Positions 20,464 through 32,011 of a stretch of 64,000 bases of DNA are shown here, piece after piece. Positions within the stretch are counted from its first letter, which is position 1, and each line of letters starts with the position of its first letter. Source of the stretch: an uncultured Desulfarculus sp. (GTDB taxonomy: Bacteria > Desulfobacterota > Desulfarculia > Desulfarculales > Desulfarculaceae); assembly GCA_963665125.2 (NCBI GenBank), contig CAXXUK010000002.1:672001-736000 (forward strand), given 5' to 3'. The notes beneath the pieces are model-generated. The model saw only the letters and a list, made by a program, of their open reading frames with translations, ran no database searches and was not told where the DNA came from. Both the position numbers and the translations under genes were made by a program.

Positions 20464-21491
20464 AGAAGCTGGCTAACACCTTGTTCGTAACGACTCAAGG
20501 CAGCTATCTTGCCAAGGAAGGCGAAACTGTCACGGTTCTTGTAGAGGGCAAACCACGTTTGCGAGTGCCTATACACAATTTAGCCGGCATCGTTTGCTTT
20601 GGCCATGTGGGGGCCTCGCCCGCCCTCATGGGCCTTTGCGGCCGTAGTGGGGTTGGACTGAGTTTCCTCAGCGAGCGGGGGAGGTTTTTAGCTAGAGTGG
20701 CGGGGCCGGTCAGCGGCAATGTCTTGCTGCGAAGACAACAATACCGGCTGGCTGATTCTGGCCTGGAACGCGCGACCCTGGCCAAGCTGTTCGTGGCGGG
20801 CAAAATCGTAAATTGCCGTCAGGTGCTCATGCGCGCAGCCAGGGATCGGCCAAACGAATCCGGAGTGACTGAGTTACGTCTTGCTGCAAATCAATTGGCG
20901 AGTATAGGACAACGGCTCAACGACCATATCAATTTGGAAACAGTGCGTGGTCTTGAAGGGGAAGCGGCACGATACTACTTTCAGGTCTTTGATCACCTCA
21001 TCAGCAGCAACAAAGAAACCTTTTTCTTTAAAACCCGCAACCGAAGGCCGCCACTAGACAATATGAACGCATTATTGTCGTTCCTCTATGTCCTGTTGGC
21101 CCATGACGCGGCGTCCGCCCTGGAAGGAGTCGGGTTGGATCCTTATGTGGGTTTTCTGCACTCCGATCGACCTGGTCGGCCCAGTCTTGCCTTGGATCTG
21201 ATGGAAGAACTCCGGCCCATTCTGGCGGATCGGGTTGCTTTGAGCCTGGTCAATAGGAAGCAAGTAAAGTCAGCCGGTTTTCGCACCACCGAAAGCGGCG
21301 CGGTAAGTATGGATGATGACACCAGGAAGAACGTGTTGGACGCCTATCACAAACGAAAGCAGGAAGTTATAACTCATGCTTTTTTAGAGGAAAAATTCGC
21401 CTTGGGCCTATTGCCTCATGCCCAAGCCATGCTGTTGGCCCGGCATTTGAGGGGAGATATTGATGGGTATGTACCTTATTTCTGGAAATAA
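20460..21491 (+). CDS. cas1: Cas1 (I-C)
   Basis: [31 protein letters not shown]. Confidence 0.97.
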   Translation: MKKLANTLFVTTQGSYLAKEGETVTVLVEGKPRLRVPIHNLAGIVCFGHVGASPALMGLCGRSGVGLSFLSERGRFLARVAGPVSGNVLLRRQQYRLADSGLERATLAKLFVAGKIVNCRQVLMRAARDRPNESGVTELRLAANQLASIGQRLNDHINLETVRGLEGEAARYYFQVFDHLISSNKETFFFKTRNRRPPLDNMNALLSFLYVLLAHDAASALEGVGLDPYVGFLHSDRPGRPSLALDLMEELRPILADRVALSLVNRKQVKSAGFRTTESGAVSMDDDTRKNVLDAYHKRKQEVITHAFLEEKFALGLLPHAQAMLLARHLRGDIDGYVPYFWK

Positions 21492-21509
21492 GACCAAAGG
21501 AACCGAGCC

Positions 21510-21800
21510 ATGATGGTGCTGGTGACCTATGACGTCAACACTCAAAGCGCCGAAGGCCGTCGTCGTCTGCGCAACGTGGCCAAAATTTGTGAGAACTTTG
21601 GCCAGCGGGTGCAGAACTCTGTGTTCGAATGCTTATTGGACCCAGCCCAGTGGGTGGCGATGCGCTCACGCCTGAAGGCTGCTGCCAACCTTGAGCAAGA
21701 CTCGTTGCGTTTTTACTTCTTGGGTAAAAACTATAAGCGCCGCCTTGAGCATATCGGGGCCAAGCCGGGATACGATCCAGAGGGTCTATTGGTGGTGTAG
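21510..21800 (+). CDS. cas2: Cas2
   Basis: LVTYDV...GQRVQNSVFEC...DSLRFY. Confidence 0.97.
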   Translation: MMVLVTYDVNTQSAEGRRRLRNVAKICENFGQRVQNSVFECLLDPAQWVAMRSRLKAAANLEQDSLRFYFLGKNYKRRLEHIGAKPGYDPEGLLVV

Positions 21801-21986
21801 TGTGGCCGCGCGAACATCAAGCACACGACGATTCTCCGGAAGCTTCGCGCTGTGGCCAAGGTCATGCAATTACAGGCTAATTAGCGCTCATGAACGGGAA
21901 AAGGCACTCTAGGTGAGGCTCTGGCCCACAGTTTCGCGCAAACGGGACAATATATTAAGTTTTTTTGCGGATTTGCATAATCCGCA
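21801..21986 (+). promoter_or_regulatory. CRISPR leader
   Basis: lies between cas2 and the first repeat; contains gcgcgaac/ttcgcgc motifs typical of I-C leaders. Confidence 0.8.
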
Positions 21987-24900
21987 GTCGCCCTCCGTGC
22001 GAGGGCGTGGATTGAAACATAATTTCGAGTTCCTATGAATCTCCAATAGTCGTCGCCCTCCGTGCGAGGGCGTGGATTGAAACTAATGCCCTTTGCCTCA
22101 ACAGCGGAACCAGCGCGTCGCCCTCCGTGCGAGGGCGTGGATTGAAACGTCAAAACTGGAGAATTAGCTTGGTTGACATCGCGTCGCCCTCCGTGCGAGG
22201 GCGTGGATTGAAACAGCCCGTTCGGCGATCGCAGCCCCAAGGCCAAGGCCGTCGCCCTCCGTGCGAGGGCGTGGATTGAAACGATACGGTGGCGATAGCC
22301 TAATGCGCATCACCACGTCGCCCTCCGTGCGAGGGCGTGGATTGAAACGGGACGATGCCGAAATGCGCGCGGAATATTGTAGTCGCCCTCCGTGCGAGGG
22401 CGTGGATTGAAACTGCAATATCGCTGGCGTAAATACTTCGGGCCTTGGTCGCCCTCCGTGCGAGGGCGTGGATTGAAACTGTGTCTTACCGCCAGACAAA
22501 ACATTATATAGATGTCGCCCTCCGTGCGAGGGCGTGGATTGAAACACGGAAAGACGCGCTTTTTAAAGGAGCAAGGTTCCGCGTCGCCCTCCGTGCGAGG
22601 GCGTGGATTGAAACATCGCGTCATAGATGCTGGCTATACAGAGGTTGAGTCGCCCTCCGTGCGAGGGCGTGGATTGAAACTGGTGGCCGAGGGGGTATAA
22701 GTCACGGAACCCCACTGTCGCCCTCCGTGCGAGGGCGTGGATTGAAACCAGCACCGGCGTTGTTTCCCTTGCAGAGGGGATGTCGCCCTCCGTGCGAGGG
22801 CGTGGATTGAAACCGTCATTGCAATCCGCAAATCGCCAGCCGTGTTTGGTCGCCCTCCGTGCGAGGGCGTGGATTGAAACTCATTTTGCGCAGCACCGCA
22901 TTGGGGCACGTTTAGTCGCCCTCCGTGCGAGGGCGTGGATTGAAACAACTCCGCTGCGCGAAAGGTGGCGTGGATATTCTTGTCGCCCTCCGTGCGAGGG
23001 CGTGGATTGAAACCATCACTGTCCTCCAAACTTTTTCTCAAGTAATGTCGCCCTCCGTGCGAGGGCGTGGATTGAAACTATCCCGTGGTGAACCCCGGCA
23101 TCAAAAACAGGTAGTCGCCCTCCGTGCGAGGGCGTGGATTGAAACACTATGCGATTAGCCGTAAACGAAGACTACAAAAGTCGCCCTCCGTGCGAGGGCG
23201 TGGATTGAAACAAACACAAAACAGTGTGGATATGGTGCCCGTCTGTCGCCCTCCGTGCGAGGGCGTGGATTGAAACAAACCAGTTTTCGTATGATTGCTC
23301 ATCACTTCTCGTCGCCCTCCGTGCGAGGGCGTGGATTGAAACAAATATTGCGATATGTGGCCAAACGAGTCGCGCCAGGTCGCCCTCCGTGCGAGGGCGT
23401 GGATTGAAACAATGTCTTTCCACCAGCCTCGAACAGCATCAGAAGGTCGCCCTCCGTGCGAGGGCGTGGATTGAAACTTCGCTCGGTGTAATTAGGCTAA
23501 AGTCAACGCCATGTCGCCCTCCGTGCGAGGGCGTGGATTGAAACATGGTTACGGTTTCGTCGTCGTGCCATGGCCCGGGTCGCCCTCCGTGCGAGGGCGT
23601 GGATTGAAACACGCTTGCTTGGCCGCGCACAAACTCCAGTGTGGGTCGCCCTCCGTGCGAGGGCGTGGATTGAAACAGGCCGTGGTAAACGTCTGAATGT
23701 TTGTCGCAGGTCGCCCTCCGTGCGAGGGCGTGGATTGAAACGATTTAGACGCAGATCTTATACGGTCCCTTGTCGAGTCGCCCTCCGTGCGAGGGCGTGG
23801 ATTGAAACTTCAGCATGTTTGCGCTCTTCATACTTGAAGCTGTGTCGCCCTCCGTGCGAGGGCGTGGATTGAAACTTTCTTTGGAAGAGTTCAATGCGGA
23901 CTGGTCTGAGTCGCCCTCCGTGCGAGGGCGTGGATTGAAACTTCTTCAACGCCGCACATTTCGGCCACACGGCGATGTCGCCCTCCGTGCGAGGGCGTGG
24001 ATTGAAACTGGCACGTCAACGGCAACCTCTTTGCCGTCATCGTGTCGCCCTCCGTGCGAGGGCGTGGATTGAAACAAAATACAGGGCCATCATGACCGGC
24101 ACACCGTTTAGTCGCCCTCCGTGCGAGGGCGTGGATTGAAACTATCCGGGACAACGGGTTTTGCTTCCCGATTGTGGTCGCCCTCCGTGCGAGGGCGTGG
24201 ATTGAAACGCATTTAGACCCCGCGCCGGTACCAATTTTGATAGTCGCCCTCCGTGCGAGGGCGTGGATTGAAACCAATCGATAGAACCGTTGCCGTCTGC
24301 GAAGAGTTGTCGCCCTCCGTGCGAGGGCGTGGATTGAAACTAGATGTAACTGTTTGTACGGTGGTTCGGGCAATGTCGCCCTCCGTGCGAGGGCGTGGAT
24401 TGAAACAATGCCCCACCATCAACGGTAGTCATGTGCTTAAGTCGCCCTCCGTGCGAGGGCGTGGATTGAAACGATATAACCTCGTCGCCGGGACCAACGC
24501 CAGCCAAGTCGCCCTCCGTGCGAGGGCGTGGATTGAAACTTTTCATCAAAACACGAGCACGGCTGTGGGCTGGTCGCCCTCCGTGCGAGGGCGTGGATTG
24601 AAACTTTTATACATTAGCAGGGAGCGGAAGGCGCAATGTCGCCCTCCGTGCGAGGGCGTGGATTGAAACTCCCCGAAAACCGCTTCGGGGACATCGGATA
24701 ACGAGTCGCCCTCCGTGCGAGGGCGTGGATTGAAACATGTTTTCTACCTTTCGAGCCTCGGAATACTGGGTCGCCCTCCGTGCGAGGGCGTGGATTGAAA
24801 CATACCTAGTTGAGATGCTTCGTTATATGCGGCCAGGTCGCCCTCCGTGCGAGGGCGTGGATTGAAACTAACTCCTCGTCGGCGTCCAAGATCAAAACCC

Positions 24901-27900
24901 AATGTCGCCCTCCGTGCGAGGGCGTGGATTGAAACTAACCCAAGTCGGTCAATAATTTCGGCTCCACCTCGGTCGCCCTCCGTGCGAGGGCGTGGATTGA
25001 AACTTGCCGCCGGGCACCAAAACCAGCACTGTCTGCCGTCGCCCTCCGTGCGAGGGCGTGGATTGAAACAAACAATTTCGCGGACATGTAGTCTTTGATA
25101 ATGTCGCCCTCCGTGCGAGGGCGTGGATTGAAACATTTACTGTCGTCCGACGTTCTTCCCTTCAAAACGTCGCCCTCCGTGCGAGGGCGTGGATTGAAAC
25201 ACGTTTAGCGACACGTCTGCCACGATGAGCGCCAGTCGCCCTCCGTGCGAGGGCGTGGATTGAAACCTGAATACCAGATGTATATGGCGGCATCGTAATG
25301 TCGTCGCCCTCCGTGCGAGGGCGTGGATTGAAACTCGTCGTAATATCCCGCTCGGTAGGGAAACAAGACGTCGCCCTCCGTGCGAGGGCGTGGATTGAAA
25401 CCGCAGATCCCAATACGGCTTGGACTGTAATTCAGTGTCGCCCTCCGTGCGAGGGCGTGGATTGAAACAGCATAGTACCCAGCCACGCCAGCACCAAGAA
25501 TAGTCGCCCTCCGTGCGAGGGCGTGGATTGAAACACTCCGGACATGTGCCGGGAACGAATCGCAAAAGGTCGCCCTCCGTGCGAGGGCGTGGATTGAAAC
25601 ATCAACAACTGGGGCTTCACCGCCCTCGCCCGCGTCGCCCTCCGTGCGAGGGCGTGGATTGAAACCTCCCCGGCCCGTATCTCCGCGCCATGTGCCTGGG
25701 TCGCCCTCCGTGCGAGGGCGTGGATTGAAACATCTATTGAAACGCGCCAGTACCGATACGTCTGGGTCGCCCTCCGTGCGAGGGCGTGGATTGAAACCAC
25801 TGACAAATATGATATGGCAAGTCTCGGCGGCGTCGCCCTCCGTGCGAGGGCGTGGATTGAAACCGACATAACTCCGGTAAAGCCCTCGACGCCGCGTCGC
25901 CCTCCGTGCGAGGGCGTGGATTGAAACTGCATTCGGCCAATATGGGTCAACGTTGACAAATCGTCGCCCTCCGTGCGAGGGCGTGGATTGAAACATATCG
26001 CGCCATGCAAGCGGTATCGGGCCAAGGATGTCGCCCTCCGTGCGAGGGCGTGGATTGAAACTTTGTCAACGCCTACCAGAAGCAGAAAATCAGCAACGTC
26101 GCCCTCCGTGCGAGGGCGTGGATTGAAACTTCGTTGTGTAATTAAGCGCTCCGTAATGCGGCGAGTCGCCCTCCGTGCGAGGGCGTGGATTGAAACCCAC
26201 CGCCGGGCAATGCCTTGACCCATACCGGGGTCGCCCTCCGTGCGAGGGCGTGGATTGAAACACTGTTATGTGGCCCACGTTGTCGAAGAAGAAAAGTCGC
26301 CCTCCGTGCGAGGGCGTGGATTGAAACTATAAATGGCAGACTTCTTTGATATTGAGTCGTTGTCGCCCTCCGTGCGAGGGCGTGGATTGAAACATTCATC
26401 AGCCTCCGCGCATCCACCGGGCATAAAAGTCGCCCTCCGTGCGAGGGCGTGGATTGAAACAGACCGGTGGAGACGGAATTTAACCGCCTTGCGGCGTCGC
26501 CCTCCGTGCGAGGGCGTGGATTGAAACCATACCAACGCCTCATCTGGGCAAAGCCGGGCCAGTCGCCCTCCGTGCGAGGGCGTGGATTGAAACTTCGATT
26601 AACGAGGCTGAACCGCGCCCCTTGAAGTCGCCCTCCGTGCGAGGGCGTGGATTGAAACTTCTACGCACCCAATATCTTCGCGGACGATTCGAGCGGTCGC
26701 CCTCCGTGCGAGGGCGTGGATTGAAACGTAGGGCATCAGGTCTCTGATCTCAATGGAGCGTGTCGCCCTCCGTGCGAGGGCGTGGATTGAAACTCTTTGG
26801 AGGCACTCTCCAATGCTTTTTCGGCGAGTCGCCCTCCGTGCGAGGGCGTGGATTGAAACTTCGCTTGGTGTAATTAGGCTAAAATCAACGCCGGTCGCCC
26901 TCCGTGCGAGGGCGTGGATTGAAACACTGTCTGTTGGGATATACAGCCCAGGGTCCACGTCGCCCTCCGTGCGAGGGCGTGGATTGAAACATCCCACCAA
27001 GGCCGATACACTAAACCGCCATGCCCTGTCGCCCTCCGTGCGAGGGCGTGGATTGAAACCAGAGCCCCGGCGGGAAGCTGAAGCCCTGGTTTTGTCGCCC
27101 TCCGTGCGAGGGCGTGGATTGAAACAGGTCTGGGGTGGATGCGTCTGGGGCCTTGAATGTCGCCCTCCGTGCGAGGGCGTGGATTGAAACAGCTCGGCCG
27201 TGTAAATCTTGGCCGAGTTCTGGGGTCGCCCTCCGTGCGAGGGCGTGGATTGAAACAGGCCCATGGAGGCCAGCATCTCCAGGAATAGATGTCGCCCTCC
27301 GTGCGAGGGCGTGGATTGAAACTGTTCTCCTAAAAAGCCGACATGCTGCCAGCTTTGGTCGCCCTCCGTGCGAGGGCGTGGATTGAAACCAGTCCACGCC
27401 GTCAAGGCCCGCGGCTTGGGCCAGTCGCCCTCCGTGCGAGGGCGTGGATTGAAACCAAAAGCCATTTCGGCAATTCAATTGTGCTTCTGGGTCGCCCTCC
27501 GTGCGAGGGCGTGGATTGAAACTGCGGACCCCAACAGCTGGGGCCGCCCCATGCGGGGTCGCCCTCCGTGCGAGGGCGTGGATTGAAACAACTCCCGTGT
27601 GGTGGTGGGTGGAAAGGGAGCATGTCGCCCTCCGTGCGAGGGCGTGGATTGAAACTATTTCGGCATGGTATGAGAGCGCCATTTATCCCGTCGCCCTCCG
27701 TGCGAGGGCGTGGATTGAAACACTTCCAGGGTTATGCGGCTGGCCCAGCGGGGCGTCGCCCTCCGTGCGAGGGCGTGGATTGAAACAAGTACGCCAACGG
27801 CTGCAAGCGCCTGGAGAACATGTCGCCCTCCGTGCGAGGGCGTGGATTGAAACCGCTCACCCTCTGGCGGCCGGGCCCCATCCATGGTCGCCCTCCGTGC

Positions 27901-29446
27901 GAGGGCGTGGATTGAAACTGGGCTCGTCGCATTCGCCGTGCGCTGTCGTGCAGGTCGCCCTCCGTGCGAGGGCGTGGATTGAAACCAGAGCACCTGGCCC
28001 AGGCTCTCGTCAATGTTGGATGTCGCCCTCCGTGCGAGGGCGTGGATTGAAACTTTCCGAAGATTTCGCATTTGTCGAAGGCATGAAGTCGCCCTCCGTG
28101 CGAGGGCGTGGATTGAAACAAGGTGCAGGCCCAGGCGGTGCAGACCAAATTCGGTCGCCCTCCGTGCGAGGGCGTGGATTGAAACGTTGGCCATCCAATA
28201 CGCCCGGTCCTTGATGTCCGGTCGCCCTCCGTGCGAGGGCGTGGATTGAAACATTCTCCGCTATGACAAGATTGGTGGGGATGTTCAGTCGCCCTCCGTG
28301 CGAGGGCGTGGATTGAAACAAGGGCCAAACCGCCAAAGACGGCAAGGAAACATGTCGCCCTCCGTGCGAGGGCGTGGATTGAAACAAATGACAACTCAAT
28401 ATTGTCGAAAAACGACCGTCGCCCTCCGTGCGAGGGCGTGGATTGAAACACCTTGTCGTCAGACGTAGCCGCTTTGGCCAGACGTCGCCCTCCGTGCGAG
28501 GGCGTGGATTGAAACCAAATCCAAGCTGATGGCCTCGATCGCGCTGAGAGTCGCCCTCCGTGCGAGGGCGTGGATTGAAACCTCGCCGGGATTCAGGGCC
28601 ATGGCGTACTCGGGGTCGCCCTCCGTGCGAGGGCGTGGATTGAAACATGGCTGATTGCGCGGGTTTTGCCGTTCCACCAAAGTCGCCCTCCGTGCGAGGG
28701 CGTGGATTGAAACAACACCCCCTTGTTTGGTTTTGGCACCCGCCATTGTCGCCCTCCGTGCGAGGGCGTGGATTGAAACCGCTTCGTCGCGCAACAAGTC
28801 CCACGTTTCGTCTAGTCGCCCTCCGTGCGAGGGCGTGGATTGAAACGATATAGCTAGCCTCTCGCATGTACCAACCGGCAATGTCGCCCTCCGTGCGAGG
28901 GCGTGGATTGAAACTTCGTCAGCGGCGCAATTATTGCCCATAAGCATGTCGCCCTCCGTGCGAGGGCGTGGATTGAAACATGATATACACCAGCCCGGAA
29001 TACGACGCGGCCGCGGGTCGCCCTCCGTGCGAGGGCGTGGATTGAAACATCGAGGACGTCATCACCCCCATGATCGAGGCCGTCGCCCTCCGTGCGAGGG
29101 CGTGGATTGAAACAATAACGACTGCGTGGAAGAATCACGGGCCATGGTCGCCCTCCGTGCGAGGGCGTGGATTGAAACCACTTAGTGCCCTGCAACAGTA
29201 ACGGGGAACCGGTCGCCCTCCGTGCGAGGGCGTGGATTGAAACCGTTTCGCGGGCATCGATTATGAGTCGGACGCCCTGTCGCCCTCCGTGCGAGGGCGT
29301 GGATTGAAACGATATAGCTAGCCTCTCGCATGTACCAACCGGCAATGTCGCCCTCCGTGCGAGGGCGTGGATTGAAACGATATAGCTAGCCTCTCGCATG
29401 TACCAACCGGCAATGTCGCCCTCCGTGCGAGGGCGTGGATTGAAAC
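21987..29446 (+). CRISPR. type I-C CRISPR array, 113 repeats and 112 spacers (hand count)
   Basis: 32-bp repeat GTCGCCCTCCGTGCGAGGGCGTGGATTGAAAC with spacers of about 32-37 bp; no variant repeat noticed by eye. Confidence 0.99.
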
Positions 29447-29565
29447 TTATTAATGCTGTATTGCGCGTTGCATTCAATCTCTAGTTACCCTTGTCGGCTA
29501 CAAGTTGCCCTCACCAAACCTAGACTCTTTAGTCTTCATCAGCTACAATATAAATACTTAATATC

Positions 29566-29593
29566 ACGAAACATAAAGCTGGTTATGCATCTC
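29566..29593. promoter_or_regulatory. dif-like tyrosine recombinase site candidate
   Basis: acgaaaCATAA-agctgg-TTATGcatctc, a CATAA-N6-TTATG core, 18 bp before the recombinase start. Confidence 0.45.
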
Positions 29594-29611
29594 ATAATTC
29601 ACCCCTGATTC

Positions 29612-30556
29612 ATGCTCCAAGACAACAATCTGATTGCCGTGTCAAGCCAAGGCGCGGGCCTTGCCCGGCCCGAGGCGGCGCGTCCGGAAAACCTCTGGCT
29701 GCACAACTTCATCAGCCCCAACACCAAGGCCGCTTACCGGCAGGCCGTGCTTAGCTTTGTTCAATTCGTCGGGCTGAGCGGGCCGGACGACCTGAGGCGG
29801 GTGGATCGCGGCATGGTGCTGGCCTGGCGCGGGTACATGGAGGCGATAGGCTTTGCGCCGCGCACCATCCGCGCCCGGCTGGCCGCCCTTAGCTCGCTGT
29901 TCGGAGATCTGTGCGAGGCCCAACTCATCGGCTTGAATCCCTGCCATGGTCTCAAGCGCCCCAGCGTCAACGACCGCCAGGTGGAGAGCGTGCTGCTGAC
30001 CAAGGCCCAGGCCCGGCGGCTGCTGGCCGCGCCCGACCCCGGCACCCTGGCGGGCAAGCGCGACCTGGCCATCCTGTGTGTGCTGCTCTACACCGGGGCC
30101 AGAATCAGCGAAGCAGCCGGGCTCAAGGTCTGCGACCTGTTCGAGGACGCTGGTTTCTGGGTGCTGCGCTACCGCATCAAGGGCGGCAAGACCATCCGCA
30201 ATCCTTTGAGTAGCCAGCTCCTGTATTGGCTGCGGCAGTGGCTGGAGGCGGCAGGACACGGCCTCGAGGACGACAGCCCGCTGTTTCTGCCGGTGAAGCC
30301 GTTCGGGCCGAGGCGGCACCTGCGGCGGCTGCAAATTCAGCGCATCTTCGACAAATACGCCCGCCTGGCCGAACTGCCCGCCAAGGCCACGCCCCACTCC
30401 TGTCGGGCAACCTTTGCCAGCCACGCCTTGGACGCCGGGGTGCCCATCGAACTGGTGCAGGAGGCCCTGGGCCACGCCAGCATCGCCACCACCCGCAAGT
30501 ACTGCAAGAAACCCACCGCCTACCAAGAAGCGGCTACCCTACGTATTCATTATTAA
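29612..30556 (+). CDS. XerD-like tyrosine recombinase
   Basis: SAM-like N-domain; catalytic set TGARISE, KGGK, HSCR, LGH, TTRKY. Confidence 0.93.
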   Translation: MLQDNNLIAVSSQGAGLARPEAARPENLWLHNFISPNTKAAYRQAVLSFVQFVGLSGPDDLRRVDRGMVLAWRGYMEAIGFAPRTIRARLAALSSLFGDLCEAQLIGLNPCHGLKRPSVNDRQVESVLLTKAQARRLLAAPDPGTLAGKRDLAILCVLLYTGARISEAAGLKVCDLFEDAGFWVLRYRIKGGKTIRNPLSSQLLYWLRQWLEAAGHGLEDDSPLFLPVKPFGPRRHLRRLQIQRIFDKYARLAELPAKATPHSCRATFASHALDAGVPIELVQEALGHASIATTRKYCKKPTAYQEAATLRIHY

Positions 30557-30565
30557 CTTAAAACT

Positions 30566-30832
30566 ATGTCCAGATTCTGGGATGAAGTCGACGCAACCGG
30601 CCGCTTCGAACTGCGGCAATCCGGCCGTGTGCTGGCCAGCGCCCAGCCCTCGAGCAGGGCGGCCGTACGCACCCTGCGCCTGTGGGCCAGCAGACAAGAC
30701 GGCGCGCGCCTGCACTGGCGGCAATTCAACAGGCTGCGTGTGGCATGGAAGCGATGGCTACTGAGGTTTAGGGTGAAGGGATATGAGGTGTCCAGGTCGA
30801 GAAAAGCGTTGACAGGTCAAGGTCCTAGCTGA
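30566..30832 (+). CDS. small hypothetical protein, C-terminus cut by IS481
   Basis: ORF runs into the IS left end at 30789. Confidence 0.4.
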   Translation: MSRFWDEVDATGRFELRQSGRVLASAQPSSRAAVRTLRLWASRQDGARLHWRQFNRLRVAWKRWLLRFRVKGYEVSRSRKALTGQGPS

Positions 30833-32011
30833 AGGAGCCATGGCCTTCCGGTTAAGATGGTTCAAGCCAAAAGAAACATCTTAATTGAAAGGAAGGACCA
30901 TGACTCAATCGCAGTATATCATCAACCGCAAGCTCAATATCCTGGAGTTGGGCCAGGCTCTGGGAAACATCTCCGAGGCCTGCCGCAAGCTGGGCATCAG
31001 CCGCCAGCACTATTACGACATCAAGCAAGCTATCGATGAGGAAGGGCTGGAAGGGCTCTTGGAGAAAAGCCGCCGGGTGCCCAGGATAGGCAACCGTGTG
31101 GCACCTGCGATAGAGCAGAAAGTGCTGGATTATTCTTTACAGTTTCCCACTCACGGCCAGACCAGGGTGGCCAACGAACTGAAGAAAATCGGTATCCAGG
31201 TCAGCGCCGGAGGCATTCGCAGCATCTGGCTACGGCACGATCTGACGCTCAAGGCACAGCGACTCAAGCGTCTGGAAAAATGGGCGGCGGAAAACACCGA
31301 GGTGCTTACCGAATCCCAGGTCCAGGCCCTGGAGAACGCCAAGCAGGAAAAAGAAGCCCACGGTGAGGTGGAAAGCCCCCATCCAGGCTTTCTGGTGGCC
31401 CAGGACACCTGCTATGTGGGCATTATCAAGGGCATAGGCCGCATCTACCAGCAAACGGCCATCGACACTCACGGCAGCCATGGCTTTGCCAAGGTCTACC
31501 GGGAAAAGACGGCCCTGACCGCAGCCGACCTGCTCAACGACAGGGTGCTGCCTTTTTACGACCACCACGGCATCAGGGTGCATCGGGTGCTAACCGACAA
31601 TGGCCCGGAGCTGTGCGGGCGTCAGGACAGCCACCCCTACGAGCTATTTCTGCACCTCAACGACATCGAGCACACCAGAACCAAGGTGCGCCACCCCCAG
31701 ACCAACGGAGCGGTGGAGCGGCTCCACCAGACCATCCAAAATGAATTCTATGAGGTGGCCTTCCGGAAAAAGCTGTACCGCACGCTGGATGAAATCCAGG
31801 CCGACCTGGACGCTTTCATGACCTACTACAACACCGAACGGACCCATCAGGGCCGCTATTGCCAGGGGCGCACTCCTTTTCAGACCTTTACCGACGGCCT
31901 GGAACTGTATCAAAAGCATGTCCATGAAGGGATAGAAATCGAGGACGCAGCGTAGTAACCTAAACCATCTGCCGGAAGGCCGAACTGTCAACGCAATTAA
32001 TGACGAGGACA
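30789..32011 (+). mobile_element. IS481-family insertion sequence
   Basis: imperfect terminal IRs TGTCCaggtc...GCGTTGACAG / CTGTCAACGC...gacgaGGACA; no flanking direct repeat. Confidence 0.85.
30900..31955 (+). CDS. IS481 transposase (HTH + DDE)
   Basis: AQDTCYVG, VLTDNGPE, PQTNGAVER, YNTERTHQG. Confidence 0.95.
   Translation: MTQSQYIINRKLNILELGQALGNISEACRKLGISRQHYYDIKQAIDEEGLEGLLEKSRRVPRIGNRVAPAIEQKVLDYSLQFPTHGQTRVANELKKIGIQVSAGGIRSIWLRHDLTLKAQRLKRLEKWAAENTEVLTESQVQALENAKQEKEAHGEVESPHPGFLVAQDTCYVGIIKGIGRIYQQTAIDTHGSHGFAKVYREKTALTAADLLNDRVLPFYDHHGIRVHRVLTDNGPELCGRQDSHPYELFLHLNDIEHTRTKVRHPQTNGAVERLHQTIQNEFYEVAFRKKLYRTLDEIQADLDAFMTYYNTERTHQGRYCQGRTPFQTFTDGLELYQKHVHEGIEIEDAA

Noticed and set aside
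21987..29446. Self-targeting spacers against this window
   Set aside because: Spot checks by eye found only short chance matches (for example 11 bp gtcaaaactgg of spacer 3 with the IS3 end). This was not exhaustive and needs BLASTN-short.
21881..29477. Many ORFs across the CRISPR array
   Set aside because: They are translations of the repeat (VALRARAWIET, FQSTPSHGGR), not genes.
13663..30556. CRISPR-associated transposon (CAST)
   Set aside because: Cas3 and the adaptation genes are intact, and there are no tnsA/B/C or tniQ genes.
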